Shown piece by piece: positions 9,901 to 19,233 of a stretch of DNA of 64,000 nucleotides; position 1 is the first letter of the stretch; every line of letters begins with the position of its first letter. Position numbers and translations under genes: made by a program. The notes beneath the pieces are model-generated. The model was not told where the DNA came from and searched no databases. It was given only the letters and a program-made list of their open reading frames with translations. Origin of the DNA: Gemmatimonadota bacterium (GTDB taxonomy: Bacteria > Gemmatimonadota > Gemmatimonadetes > Longimicrobiales > Gaopeijiaceae). Location: assembly GCA_022340755.1 (NCBI GenBank), contig JAJDNI010000090.1:15897-79896 (forward strand). The letters run 5' to 3'.

Positions 9901-10830
9901 ATGACCGGAAACCGGTGGACGTTCCTCGTGCTTCGTGGCGAGGACACCCCCGTCCGGCAGTACTCGCTTTCCCCGCGGGCCCTGAGAGCGCTCACCGTTG
10001 TCGCCGCGCTCGTCGTGGCCGTGTTGGGGGGATTCGGAGTGAGCGCCGCCATGGATGGCACGGCTCGCATCAACGCCCGCCGACTCGAGGCGCAGAATCA
10101 GGCTCTGACTGCACAGATCGCCCAGTTCCACAACCGGGTGGACCGGCTGGAGAAGACCCTCGACGGACTCACCGAGAAGGACGCCCACGTCCGTAGCCTC
10201 GCCGGCCTCGAGACCATCGACCCCGAGGTGATGGAGGTCGGTATCGGTGGGCCCGGACTCGGCTCTGTCGAATCTTATCCGCTCTGGTCCGTCGACTCGA
10301 CGGCGGCCAAGGACGCTTACGCCGTCTCCTATGACCTGAGCGCCATGGAGCGTCGCGCCAAGCTGCTGTCTTCGAGCCTGGCGGAGGCCACCGATTCCCT
10401 GATGGCGCACAGGGACCTGCTGGAATCGACTCCGTCGATCCTGCCGACCAACGGTTGGCTCAGCTCCGCATTCTCGGCATCCCGGATGCACCCCATCCAC
10501 GACCGCCCGCTCCCTCACGAGGGGATCGACATCGCGGCCCCCATGGGTACGCCAATCTTCGCCGCCGCGAAGGGGCGTGTGGTTCGCGCCGGCTGGGTGG
10601 TGGGATACGGCCTCACGGTGGAGATCGACCACGGATTCGGCTACACGACGCTGTACGGGCATGCGTCCAAGCTGCTGGTGAAGCAGGGCCAGAAGGTGAG
10701 CCGCGGCGACGTGATCGCACAGGTGGGTAGCACCGGACTGTCCACCGGGCCGCACCTCCACTACGAGGTTCGCGTGAACGGTGTACCGGTGAATCCGGTG
10801 AACTTCATCCTTCCGGCGTCGGTACCATAA
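9901..10830 (+). CDS. M23 family metallopeptidase (peptidoglycan DD-endopeptidase type)
   Basis: It has an N-terminal TM segment and a coiled coil, followed by HEGIDIAAPMGTPI and GLSTGPHLHYEV (HxxxD / HxH motifs). Confidence 0.85.
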   Translation: MTGNRWTFLVLRGEDTPVRQYSLSPRALRALTVVAALVVAVLGGFGVSAAMDGTARINARRLEAQNQALTAQIAQFHNRVDRLEKTLDGLTEKDAHVRSLAGLETIDPEVMEVGIGGPGLGSVESYPLWSVDSTAAKDAYAVSYDLSAMERRAKLLSSSLAEATDSLMAHRDLLESTPSILPTNGWLSSAFSASRMHPIHDRPLPHEGIDIAAPMGTPIFAAAKGRVVRAGWVVGYGLTVEIDHGFGYTTLYGHASKLLVKQGQKVSRGDVIAQVGSTGLSTGPHLHYEVRVNGVPVNPVNFILPASVP

Positions 10831-10866
10831 AAGCCCGTCGTTTCGAGCGACCGATCCCAGTGGACG

Positions 10867-10894
10867 AGGCGCCTTCGGGCGCCTTTCTTCGTTT
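10867..10894 (+). terminator. Rho-independent terminator after the M23 peptidase gene
   Basis: The hairpin is AGGCGCC-TTCG-GGCGCCT, followed by TTTCTTCGTTT. Confidence 0.6.
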
Positions 10895-10895
10895 G

Positions 10896-12152
10896 ATGAT
10901 CCCACTTCTGGCCACGCTTCTCCTCGCGCTGCCGGGCGCCGTGCCTCCCCCCCTTTCCGGGCAGGCCCCGCTCGACGACGCCCACGCTCCGAGTAACTCC
11001 ATTCCGGAAGCGCGTGCGTCCCTCACACCCGACACGGTCCTCGCCCCCCCATCGGGCCCCCGAATCGTGATGCTCGGAGCCGAAGGGGAGGGAGTCGCGG
11101 CCATGCGGATCTTCATCCCCCTCACCGAAGGCCCCGTCGAAGAGGGAGCCGGCGAGGTGCTGCGGGACCTCGCACTCGCTCGCATGCAGGGCCTCGCCAA
11201 TCTCGTAGGTGCCCGTGTGTCGGCGTCACGGACACCCTGGGGGTTGGCCTACGAAGTCGAGGGAGCCGCGGCGGATTTCGAATACCTCGCCTATGTGCTT
11301 CGCACGGCGGTCGGGGAGCCGGACACGGCCGCTGCCGCCCTGGACGCGGCGCTCCACCATCTGGAGGAAGCGCAGGCCCGCGCCCGCGAGACGCCGGACG
11401 GGAGACTCGCCGCGGAGCTCCGTGCGGCCGTGGCGCCCGGCGTCTCGCCCCTCGAAGGGAGCGCCGCGACCCTGCGGGGGCTGGATGCCGCCCGGATCCG
11501 TCAGGTGTGGCGACGAAGCCACCAGGCATCGGCCATGACCCTGGTGGTCTCGTCCCCCATGGTGCCCGAAGTGGTTCTGGCCGCCACCAGAGGCATGGGT
11601 GCCCCAGAAGCCGCGGCCGCCGCTCCGCCGGACGCGCCGGCACTCCCCGACCGCACCAGGGCCCAGGTGCAGACGCTGCGGAGCTGGTACGGCGAGGCCT
11701 ATGGCACCGGGCCAGACCGCGATCCCGTGGCGGCCGTCACCGCGCTCCTCTTGGCGGACGCCCTCAACGCCCGCTCCGCGGACTACGAGGTCGGAGTCGA
11801 GCTCTGGGACCTGCCCTCGCGCTCGGTGCTGGTGCTCACGGGTGCCGCCTATCCCCGGAACGCGGAGCGCATGCGCAGGGCCGTTTCCGGGACCATGGAG
11901 GCCCTGCGCACTCGCCTCGATGAGGTCACGGTGCGTGACGCGGCGGCGCGGGCTCGCGCCGACATCCTCCTCGATGCACGCACGCCCGGGGGCCTGGTGG
12001 AGGTCGTTGGACGCGCCATGGAGCCGGCCGGGGCTCCCGACGCAGCCGCCCGGCACCTGGAGGAGCTGTCGCGGGTGGGCCTGGGGGAGGTGGCAGCCCT
12101 GATCGATCGGATGCGTGCGCAGGCCCCGGTGCGGGCTGAGGTTCGACCGTGA
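10896..12152 (+). CDS. M16 (pitrilysin)-like protein lacking the HxxEH zinc motif, secreted
   Basis: It has a signal peptide (MIPLLATLLLALPGA) and an M16-type two-lobe layout with the typical C-terminal pattern. No HxxEH was found. I chose the ATG at 10896 because the GTG at 10860 would place the terminator hairpin inside the CDS. Confidence 0.55.
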   Translation: MIPLLATLLLALPGAVPPPLSGQAPLDDAHAPSNSIPEARASLTPDTVLAPPSGPRIVMLGAEGEGVAAMRIFIPLTEGPVEEGAGEVLRDLALARMQGLANLVGARVSASRTPWGLAYEVEGAAADFEYLAYVLRTAVGEPDTAAAALDAALHHLEEAQARARETPDGRLAAELRAAVAPGVSPLEGSAATLRGLDAARIRQVWRRSHQASAMTLVVSSPMVPEVVLAATRGMGAPEAAAAAPPDAPALPDRTRAQVQTLRSWYGEAYGTGPDRDPVAAVTALLLADALNARSADYEVGVELWDLPSRSVLVLTGAAYPRNAERMRRAVSGTMEALRTRLDEVTVRDAAARARADILLDARTPGGLVEVVGRAMEPAGAPDAAARHLEELSRVGLGEVAALIDRMRAQAPVRAEVRP

Positions 12153-13603
12153 GGCGCGCGTATGGCGTGACGCTGCTGGTCGCCCTCCTGTTCATGGGGA
12201 TGACGCCCTTCCAGGTGATGTCACAGGAAGCGCCGGACACCGCCGCCATGCCCGGTGGGTATCGGGCGACGGCGTGGTCCACCCACCCCCATGGTACCGT
12301 CGTCGCCATGGTGCTGAGGATCCCGGCCGGCTCCGCGAACGACGAAAAGGGCTCCGAGGGTACGGCGGCGCTTCTCGCACAAACCTTGAGGGACCAGGCC
12401 CGCCGGGCCCTGGGACCGGGTCATGGAGCCGTCACCGCCACCGTGAACCGCGGCACGACGTTGTTCACGTTCCTCGTCCTTCCCGAAGTCTGGCCGCGGG
12501 CCGCGACGCTGTTGGACTCGGTGCTGTACGACGCCCCCATCGACGACTCCATCCTGGACCGCCACAGGCGCGGGCAGATGGCACGCCTCGCGTTCGAGTC
12601 CGACTCCCCGGGCACGGAGTTCGAGGCCGAAGCGGCCCGCCTCCTGGCACCGTCGGGCAGTCCGTGGGCCAGGCCCGTTCGAGGTACCCCCGAGTCGGTC
12701 TCGGCGCTGTCCCCCGCGATTCTGGCTCGATTTCGTCGTTCCCTCTACCGCCGAGCCGAGACGGCCCGCGCCGTGGTCGGACCCAGGTCCCTGCTTCCCA
12801 CGAGCACCGTGGCACTCCCACTGCCGGTGGACTCTGTCCTCGCGGACACGATCCCGGTGGCCGTGGCCGACTCGCAGGCCGTTCGGGACACCGTCCCGGC
12901 CCCGGTGGCAGCCCTCCCCCCGGAGCCCCGGGTGGCCTCCGACACCGCGCCGGGCCTGGCCTGGAGCTCCGGCACCCGGGTCGACCAGGTGCAGGATGTG
13001 ACGAGCACCTGGATCCGCGTGGCCTATCCCATCGCGCGCTCCACCTCGCGGACGGCGGCGGAGATGCTCGTCACGCTCGTGCACGACGAGCTCGACCCGA
13101 CCCCCCCCGACCCCGACCGCTATGGAGTCCAGGTCCGGCTCCTGGACGTACCAGGGGGGACGGCTCTCGTCGTCGACGCGACGGTGTTTCCCGAGGCGGC
13201 CGGGCGCTGGGAGGACAAGATCACCGGGACGATCTCCCGTCTGGCGTCGGGACCCATGCAGCCCGACCTCTTCGGCTGGCGTCGACGCAGATTTCGCACC
13301 GAGCGTCTCCTGGAGGAGGCATCCCCTGAGCTCGAGGCCGAACGCATGACCGGCGATCTGATTGGGACCGGCCGGGCTCGGGATCTGGCGGTCGAGATCT
13401 GGAGCCTCGACGCGGGCACGGTGTACCAGGCAGCCAAAGAGTTGGGCCCCCCGCGGATCCTCCGCTTCGGGCCAGACCTCGGCGAGGCCCACGCCCCGGT
13501 GAGCCCGGACCGATCGGGCTTCTCCCGGGCCGTGCCGAGAAGCCTCCGAGGGTATACATTGACGGGCCGAACCGAGGTTGCTAGGCCCAGTAGCGGATTC
13601 TAG
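12149..13603 (+). CDS. M16 (pitrilysin)-like protein lacking the HxxEH zinc motif
   Basis: It overlaps the upstream M16-like gene by 4 nt. Where HxxEH is expected the sequence reads GSEGTAALLAQTL. It has an N-terminal hydrophobic signal. Confidence 0.55.
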   Translation: MRRAYGVTLLVALLFMGMTPFQVMSQEAPDTAAMPGGYRATAWSTHPHGTVVAMVLRIPAGSANDEKGSEGTAALLAQTLRDQARRALGPGHGAVTATVNRGTTLFTFLVLPEVWPRAATLLDSVLYDAPIDDSILDRHRRGQMARLAFESDSPGTEFEAEAARLLAPSGSPWARPVRGTPESVSALSPAILARFRRSLYRRAETARAVVGPRSLLPTSTVALPLPVDSVLADTIPVAVADSQAVRDTVPAPVAALPPEPRVASDTAPGLAWSSGTRVDQVQDVTSTWIRVAYPIARSTSRTAAEMLVTLVHDELDPTPPDPDRYGVQVRLLDVPGGTALVVDATVFPEAAGRWEDKITGTISRLASGPMQPDLFGWRRRRFRTERLLEEASPELEAERMTGDLIGTGRARDLAVEIWSLDAGTVYQAAKELGPPRILRFGPDLGEAHAPVSPDRSGFSRAVPRSLRGYTLTGRTEVARPSSGF

Positions 13604-13646
13604 TTTCGAGAGTTTTCATTCCCAGGACCGAGCCACGGAGCACGCG

Positions 13647-14432
13647 ATGAGGCGCAGACATCTTCCGTTCGCCTTGGCCCTTCTTCTGGCTGCCGCCGCC
13701 TGCGGCCCAGCGAAGGTCGTAGTCACCATGGAGCAGACCGTCGACAACCCCGACGGAAGCGGCAAGATCACGCAGCCGCTCTCCGGCGTGGAAGTCCAGC
13801 TCCTGCCGTACGACCGCGACCTGGTCTTCGACTCGCTGGAGAAGGCGTTCCCCACGCAGCAGCCCGCGATCCCCCAGGATCTTCTGGACGCCAGGGATCA
13901 GGTTCGTCAGGCTCAGGAGACTTGGCAGGCCTCCACGGCCCGGTGGAACACCCTGAGGGACACGCTGCAGAAGATCACCGACGCGATGAAGAAGTACAGC
14001 CGCGGTGAAGCCCAGTACGTCGTCATGTACAAGGACTTCCAGGCCTTCGATTCGGAGTTGGGCCGGGTCGAGAAGCAGATGAACGACTCCTTCAAGCGGT
14101 TCGATTCGCTCCAGAAGGGCACGATCCACGAATCGGACTCGGTGCGGATCGTCCGCGAGGATTGGGCCGACTCCGCCTTCGCCGACGTGGATCCCGTGAT
14201 CGAGGCGAAGCTCAAGGAGTCCGGCCGCCGGGAGGCGACGGACACCACGGACGCCAACGGCGTGGTGACGTTCGATCAGGCTCAGATCAAGCCGGGCAAG
14301 TACTGGATCTACGCCCGCTTCGATCTGCCGTATTCCGAGCTTTACTGGAACGTCCCTGTCGACATCAAGCGGGGCGACCCCAACCAGTTCAAGCTCACCC
14401 CGGAGAACGCGAAGGAGCGGGTCAAGCTGTAG
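13647..14432 (+). CDS. Hypothetical lipoprotein (coiled-coil region plus C-terminal beta-sandwich-like region)
   Basis: A lipobox is present (LLLAAAAC), with GGAG 6 nt upstream of the ATG at 13647. I did not recognise any catalytic motif. Confidence 0.6.
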   Translation: MRRRHLPFALALLLAAAACGPAKVVVTMEQTVDNPDGSGKITQPLSGVEVQLLPYDRDLVFDSLEKAFPTQQPAIPQDLLDARDQVRQAQETWQASTARWNTLRDTLQKITDAMKKYSRGEAQYVVMYKDFQAFDSELGRVEKQMNDSFKRFDSLQKGTIHESDSVRIVREDWADSAFADVDPVIEAKLKESGRREATDTTDANGVVTFDQAQIKPGKYWIYARFDLPYSELYWNVPVDIKRGDPNQFKLTPENAKERVKL

Positions 14433-14475
14433 CCGCCCCACCCGGAGTCGCGAGCGGAGCGATCCTCCCCTCGCA

Positions 14476-14515
14476 GCCGCCCCGGCACCCGACGGTGCCG
14501 GGGCGGCTTTCTTTC
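14476..14515 (+). terminator. Rho-independent terminator after the lipoprotein gene
   Basis: A perfect 14-bp stem (GCCGCCCCGGCACC / GGTGCCGGGGCGGC) with loop CGAC is followed by TTTCTTTC. Confidence 0.8.
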
Positions 14516-14572
14516 GAGTCACCGGTGCGTATCCTTCAGGGTCCGCGACGCGCCGCCACAGAGCCGGGAGCC

Positions 14573-16738
14573 ATGGAGACCGCCACCACCCCCACCTTCG
14601 AAGCGGACCAGCGCGGAATCGGCTGGATCGCCTTCGACGACGACCGGCGCAAGCTCAACGTGCTCACGGAAGCCGTCATGCGACGCCTCGCGGAGTCCGT
14701 CGAAGAAGCGGCCGAGGCGGCGGCATCCGGGCGGATCAAGGTGCTGGTCATCAGGAGCGGGAAGCCCGACTCGTTCCTGGCCGGCGCAGACATCGAGGCC
14801 ATCGCAGCCGTCGAGGATCCTGTCGAAGCGGAAGCGAAGGTCCGCGAAGGTCAGGCGGTGTACGCCCGGGTCGCCGCGCTCTCCATCCCCGTGGTGGCGG
14901 CCATCCACGGCGTCTGCGTGGGCGGAGGCACTGAGCTCGCCCTGGCTTGCAGTCACCGGGTGCTCTCGGACTCGAGGCGCACGCGCGTCGGCCTGCCCGA
15001 GGTGCAGCTCGGCATCCTGCCGGCCTGGGGCGGCACCACCCGGCTTCCTCGTCTCGTGGGGCTCCAGGCCGCCCTGAACATGCTTCTCACCGGCCGCCTG
15101 GTGGACGCTCGCAAGGCGCGTGGCATGGGCTTCGCCGACGAGGTGCTACCCGCCGAGCTGTTCGTCGACAAGGTGACGGCATACGCCCTCCGGGTCGCCT
15201 CCGGCAAGACCGCGCCCGAAAGGCCGCGGCGCGGCGCCCTCACACGACTCATGGAGGGAACGCGATGGGGGCAGAGGGTCGTCCTCGCTGCCGCGAAGAA
15301 GCGTGTGCGCGACAAGACCGGTGGCCACTACCCGGCGCCTCTCGCGATTCTCGCCCTGCTGCGCCGGCACCTGAACGGACCTGTCGAAGCCGGACTGGAC
15401 GCGGAGGCACGGGCCGCCGCCGCGCTTCTGGTCTCGCCGGAGTGCAAGAACCTGCTTCACGTCTTCCGTCTCCGGGAGGCTACCAAGAAAGGACCGTCTT
15501 TCCAGGGGGGCACGGTACAGGCGGCACCGGTCACGTCGTTGGCCATTCTGGGCGCCGGGGTGATGGGCGGTGGCATCGCGCACCTGGCGGCGTCCCGCGG
15601 CGTGAGCGTGCGCATGCGCGACGTCCGGCACGAGGCCATCACCAGCGGCCTCCGACACGCCCGCCGTCTCTTCGACGAGACCGTGCAGCGGGGCAGGCTC
15701 TCCCGTCTCGAAGCGGCCGGACGCATGGAGATGATCTCCGGGGGTCTCGATTGGAGCGGCTTCGCGGCGGCGGACGTGGTCGTGGAGGCCGTGGTCGAGG
15801 ACATGGAGATCAAGCGTGCCGTCCTCCAAGAGGCGGAGACCAGGGTGTCCGACGGATGCGTGATCGCCACGAACACGTCGTCGCTCTCGGTGAGCGCCCT
15901 CTCCGAGGGGCTCCGCGATCCCGGACGCTTCTGCGGCATGCACTTCTTCAACCCCGTGCACCGCATGCCCCTGGTGGAGATCGTCCGGGGCGTCCACACC
16001 ACGGACGAGACCGTCGCCAGGGTGTACGCCCTGGCGCTCGCGTTGGACAAGGTGCCGGTGGTCGTGGGGGACGGCCCCGGCTTCGTGGTGAATCGGATCC
16101 TGGGACCCTACCTGAACGAGGCCGGCTACCTGCTGGGAGACGGCGCCGCCGTCAAGGAGATCGACGCGGCCGCCAGAGCCTTCGGCATGCCCATGGGGCC
16201 GCTCCGGCTGATGGACGAGGTGGGCATCGACATCTCGTCCCACGTCGGCGCCACGTTCTACGAGACCCTGGGAGAGCGCCTCTCCCCTGCCCCCGCCCTA
16301 CGCGCCCTGGCCGAGAGCGGTCGTCTGGGTCGCAAGGCGGGCCGTGGGTTCTACCTGTACCGGAAGGGCCGCGAGAAGGGCGTCGACGATACGGTCTACG
16401 CGGACCTCGGCGCCGCGGTGCCCGCCACCCGAGGCGGAGTCGACAGACAACGCATTCGTCGGCGGCTCGTGGGCCAGATGATCAACGAAGCGGCTCGACT
16501 CCTCGAGGAGGGTGTGGCTACCAGCGCGGCCGACGTGGATATCGCCATGATCATGGGGACGGGATTTCCGCCGTTCCGGGGCGGCCTCCTCCGCTTCGCC
16601 GACTCGCTCCACCCCCGGGGGGCCCTGGATCGCATTCGGGCATTGCACGATCAATACGGCTCCCGCTTCGCACCGGCCCCGCTCCTGGAGGAGTTGGCCC
16701 GGACGAACCGTCTCTTCTACGAGGCCTTTGCCGCGTGA
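14573..16738 (+). CDS. Fatty-acid oxidation multifunctional protein (enoyl-CoA hydratase / 3-hydroxyacyl-CoA dehydrogenase, FadB/FadJ-like)
   Basis: It has an N-terminal crotonase fold (FLAGADI, GVCVGGGTELALAC), then a 3HCDH Rossmann domain (LGAGVMGGGIA) and a C-terminal 3HCDH_C domain. I used the ATG at 14573, because the ORF-track start at 14162 spans the upstream gene and its terminator. Confidence 0.9.
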   Translation: METATTPTFEADQRGIGWIAFDDDRRKLNVLTEAVMRRLAESVEEAAEAAASGRIKVLVIRSGKPDSFLAGADIEAIAAVEDPVEAEAKVREGQAVYARVAALSIPVVAAIHGVCVGGGTELALACSHRVLSDSRRTRVGLPEVQLGILPAWGGTTRLPRLVGLQAALNMLLTGRLVDARKARGMGFADEVLPAELFVDKVTAYALRVASGKTAPERPRRGALTRLMEGTRWGQRVVLAAAKKRVRDKTGGHYPAPLAILALLRRHLNGPVEAGLDAEARAAAALLVSPECKNLLHVFRLREATKKGPSFQGGTVQAAPVTSLAILGAGVMGGGIAHLAASRGVSVRMRDVRHEAITSGLRHARRLFDETVQRGRLSRLEAAGRMEMISGGLDWSGFAAADVVVEAVVEDMEIKRAVLQEAETRVSDGCVIATNTSSLSVSALSEGLRDPGRFCGMHFFNPVHRMPLVEIVRGVHTTDETVARVYALALALDKVPVVVGDGPGFVVNRILGPYLNEAGYLLGDGAAVKEIDAAARAFGMPMGPLRLMDEVGIDISSHVGATFYETLGERLSPAPALRALAESGRLGRKAGRGFYLYRKGREKGVDDTVYADLGAAVPATRGGVDRQRIRRRLVGQMINEAARLLEEGVATSAADVDIAMIMGTGFPPFRGGLLRFADSLHPRGALDRIRALHDQYGSRFAPAPLLEELARTNRLFYEAFAA

Positions 16739-16787
16739 GAGCGCAGATGGAACAGTTCCCACGCATGAATGGAGGTCGGGCGTGACG

Positions 16788-17498
16788 ATGTGGCCGTTCG
16801 GCCGTGGGCGCGTCCCCGCCGCGGGGGACGCAGGAGACCCCGCCGGCGGAGACGGGCGCGTTCGTGTCGCGGGCGTGGTCCCCTGCGCGGGCGCGTCCAC
16901 GCGCATGGGGACGTCGAAGGCGCTCCTCGACGCCGGTGGACGATCGTTCGTGGCGGCGGTGGTCGGTTCCCTCTTCGGCGGAGGGTGCGACCCGGTGGTG
17001 GTCGTGGTGGGCCCGGGACAGGAAGATGAGGCCCGGCGGGCCAGGGCGGCCGGTGCGCTGGTCCTCGAGAACCCCGATCCTGGAGAGGGCCCCATCACGT
17101 CCCTGCGACTGGCCCTGGCTGCGCTGAGAAGTGACGTGGAGGGTGTGGCCTTCTGCCCCGTGGATCACCCGTTGGTGCGACCGGAGACCGTCGCGCGACT
17201 CCTCCAGGTGTTCGCGGCCGGGGACGCTCCCCTGGTGCTCCCCACACACGGAGATCGCGGAGGACACCCGACGCTCTTCCGCCGTAGGCTCTTCGCCGAA
17301 CTGGCCGATCTCCGGCTCACGGGCGGCGCGCGCACGGTGGTTCATCGCCATCTGGAGTCGGCCGTCCGGCTCGCCGTCGACGACATCGGGGTGGTCACCG
17401 ATATCGATACTCCTGAGGCGTACCACGAAGCTATCGGGCGGCTCACCCCTCCCCCCGTCAATCTTCCCGGATCCAGGAAGCCGGAGGAGACCCGATGA
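16788..17498 (+). CDS. MobA/MocA-like nucleotidyltransferase (molybdenum cofactor cytidylyl/guanylyl-transferase family)
   Basis: It has the NTP_transf_3 pattern AGVVPCAGASTRMGTSKALL, then CPVDHP and GHP. Confidence 0.75.
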   Translation: MWPFGRGRVPAAGDAGDPAGGDGRVRVAGVVPCAGASTRMGTSKALLDAGGRSFVAAVVGSLFGGGCDPVVVVVGPGQEDEARRARAAGALVLENPDPGEGPITSLRLALAALRSDVEGVAFCPVDHPLVRPETVARLLQVFAAGDAPLVLPTHGDRGGHPTLFRRRLFAELADLRLTGGARTVVHRHLESAVRLAVDDIGVVTDIDTPEAYHEAIGRLTPPPVNLPGSRKPEETR

Positions 17499-18343
17499 CA
17501 CTGAACGCGACCGCGGCTGCTGATATCGTCATGGCCGCGGTGGAGTCCGGGCACTCGGCAGTCACACTTGTGACCGTGAGCGAGGGCGCCGCGGCAGCGG
17601 CTGGCACGCGGCTGGTCGTCGTCACGACGGAAGCGGGCGAGGAGACCGTCCGGGGGACGCTGGGCTCTCCTGAAGTGGACGCTGCGGCCGTAGCGGTCGC
17701 CCGGACCGCCATCGCCGATCCCCGCCGGGGAGACGGACTGCAGACGCTGGCGGGCGCGGAGATCTACGTCGAGGTGCGTCGCCCCATACGGGACCTCGTG
17801 ATCGTGGGCGCGGGCCACATCGCGCGGCCCATGTCACGGATGGGCGCCGACCTGGGATTCCGGATATGGGTTCTGGATGACCGTCCGGAGTTCGCCACTC
17901 TCGAGCGATTCCCCGATGCGTACCGGGTGGTCAAGGCGGACTTCTCCGATCCCTTCGAAGGAGTGCCCCTCCACCGCAACACCCACGTCCTCCTCGTGAC
18001 CCGCGGCCACAAGTACGACTACGACTGCCTCGTGCAGGTGCTGCGGCGGGACCCGGCACCCGCCTACATCGGTATGATCGGCAGCCGGCGGCGGGTCCGC
18101 GCCACGTTCGTGCAGCTGCTCGCGGACGGGATCCCCCGGGAGCGGCTCGCTGAGATCCATGCGCCTGTCGGCCTGGATCTCGGAGCGGAGACGCCCGAGG
18201 AGATCGCCGTCGCCGTGGCGGCGGAGCTGGTGAAGGTGTACCGCGGCGGGTCCGGCCGATCGTTGCGGGAGATGGAGCGCATCGCGGAGCGCTTCTTCGG
18301 TGAGAGAGGCGCCTCCGAGGACGAGGAGAAGGAAGACCAATGA
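17495..18343 (+). CDS. XdhC/CoxI family molybdoenzyme maturation factor (full length, with Rossmann-like C domain)
   Basis: The product contains LVIVGAGHIARPMSRMGADLGFRIWVLDDR and MIGSRRR. It overlaps the upstream gene by 4 nt (ATGA). Confidence 0.8.
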   Translation: MTLNATAAADIVMAAVESGHSAVTLVTVSEGAAAAAGTRLVVVTTEAGEETVRGTLGSPEVDAAAVAVARTAIADPRRGDGLQTLAGAEIYVEVRRPIRDLVIVGAGHIARPMSRMGADLGFRIWVLDDRPEFATLERFPDAYRVVKADFSDPFEGVPLHRNTHVLLVTRGHKYDYDCLVQVLRRDPAPAYIGMIGSRRRVRATFVQLLADGIPRERLAEIHAPVGLDLGAETPEEIAVAVAAELVKVYRGGSGRSLREMERIAERFFGERGASEDEEKEDQ

Positions 18344-18687
18344 CCCACCACGATGATCGGGCACTCGCCGACGCCCTCCGGGATGCGTCGGATGCCGGAC
18401 GGGCCTGCGCCCTCGCCACCGTCGTGGCTACGCGCGGCTCCACACCTCGAAAGGTCGGGGCCCGCCTGGTCGTGGATCCAGAACGCGGTCTCACCGGCAC
18501 GGTCGGCGGAGGGTGTGGTGAGGCCGAGGTCATCGAGGCGGCGCAGCGTGTGCTCGAGACCGGACGGGCCGAGCGCGTGACCGTGGATCTCACCGAGGAC
18601 TTCCTCTCGTGGAGCCCGGCGGTCTGCGGGGGCACCATGGACGTCTTCGTCGAGGCGGTGCTCCCCGGGCCGGCATCACCCGAGTGA
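18340..18687 (+). CDS. XdhC_CoxI N-domain-only protein
   Basis: The product contains ALATVVATRGSTPRKVGARLVV and GTVGGGCGEAEV. It overlaps the upstream gene by 4 nt. Confidence 0.7.
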   Translation: MTHHDDRALADALRDASDAGRACALATVVATRGSTPRKVGARLVVDPERGLTGTVGGGCGEAEVIEAAQRVLETGRAERVTVDLTEDFLSWSPAVCGGTMDVFVEAVLPGPASPE

Positions 18688-19226
18688 GCTCAGATCGGCG
18701 CGTACGCATCCACTATCTGCGCCCTCCGCAGCAGATGCAGGTCTTCGATCAGCGCTTCGTCCTGGACCGTGACGACGTGAAGGTGACCCTCGCGGAAGCC
18801 ATGCCCTTCGACGCCCCCATGCGCATCGACGGGCAAGTCGTCCTCGAGCACGGCTCCGACGTCGTGTGGTTCACCTTCCCCGGGCTCTGGCACGACATCG
18901 GCCGCTTCCATCGTGCGGACGGAACGTTTACCGGTATCTACGCCAACATCCTGACGCCACCCGAGATGTCCGACGACGAGTGGCACACCACTGACCTCTA
19001 CCTGGACGTCTGGCTGCCGCCCGGTGGGACCGCGGTCCTTCTGGACGCGGACGAGCTCGACGAGGCGCTGGGGCGCGAGTGGATCGACGGCCCCACGGCC
19101 GACCGCGCCCGGGCGGAGGCCGACCGCCTCCTGGATGCGGCCCGCGCCGGCTCGTGGCCGCCGCCGGTCGTGAACGAATGGACACTGGAGCGTTGCAGAA
19201 CAGAGCTGCGCCGAGAGAGGACCTAA
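18684..19226 (+). CDS. DUF402 (FomD/Ntdp-like) domain protein
   Basis: It has the DUF402 pattern (WFTFPGLWHDIGRFHRADGTFTGIYANI, DLYLDVWL). The GTG at 18684 overlaps the upstream stop (GTGA). Confidence 0.65.
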   Translation: MSSDRRVRIHYLRPPQQMQVFDQRFVLDRDDVKVTLAEAMPFDAPMRIDGQVVLEHGSDVVWFTFPGLWHDIGRFHRADGTFTGIYANILTPPEMSDDEWHTTDLYLDVWLPPGGTAVLLDADELDEALGREWIDGPTADRARAEADRLLDAARAGSWPPPVVNEWTLERCRTELRRERT

Positions 19227-19233
19227 CCCTCCC

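Noticed and set aside
10860-10895. GTG 10860 as the start of the first M16-like gene
   Set aside because: It would place a canonical terminator hairpin and T-tract inside the coding sequence. The ATG at 10896 starts directly at a signal peptide.
14162-14572. Upstream extension of the fadB-like ORF (858 aa)
   Set aside because: It overlaps the 3' end of the lipoprotein gene and contains a perfect 14-bp-stem terminator. The crotonase domain starts right after the ATG at 14573.
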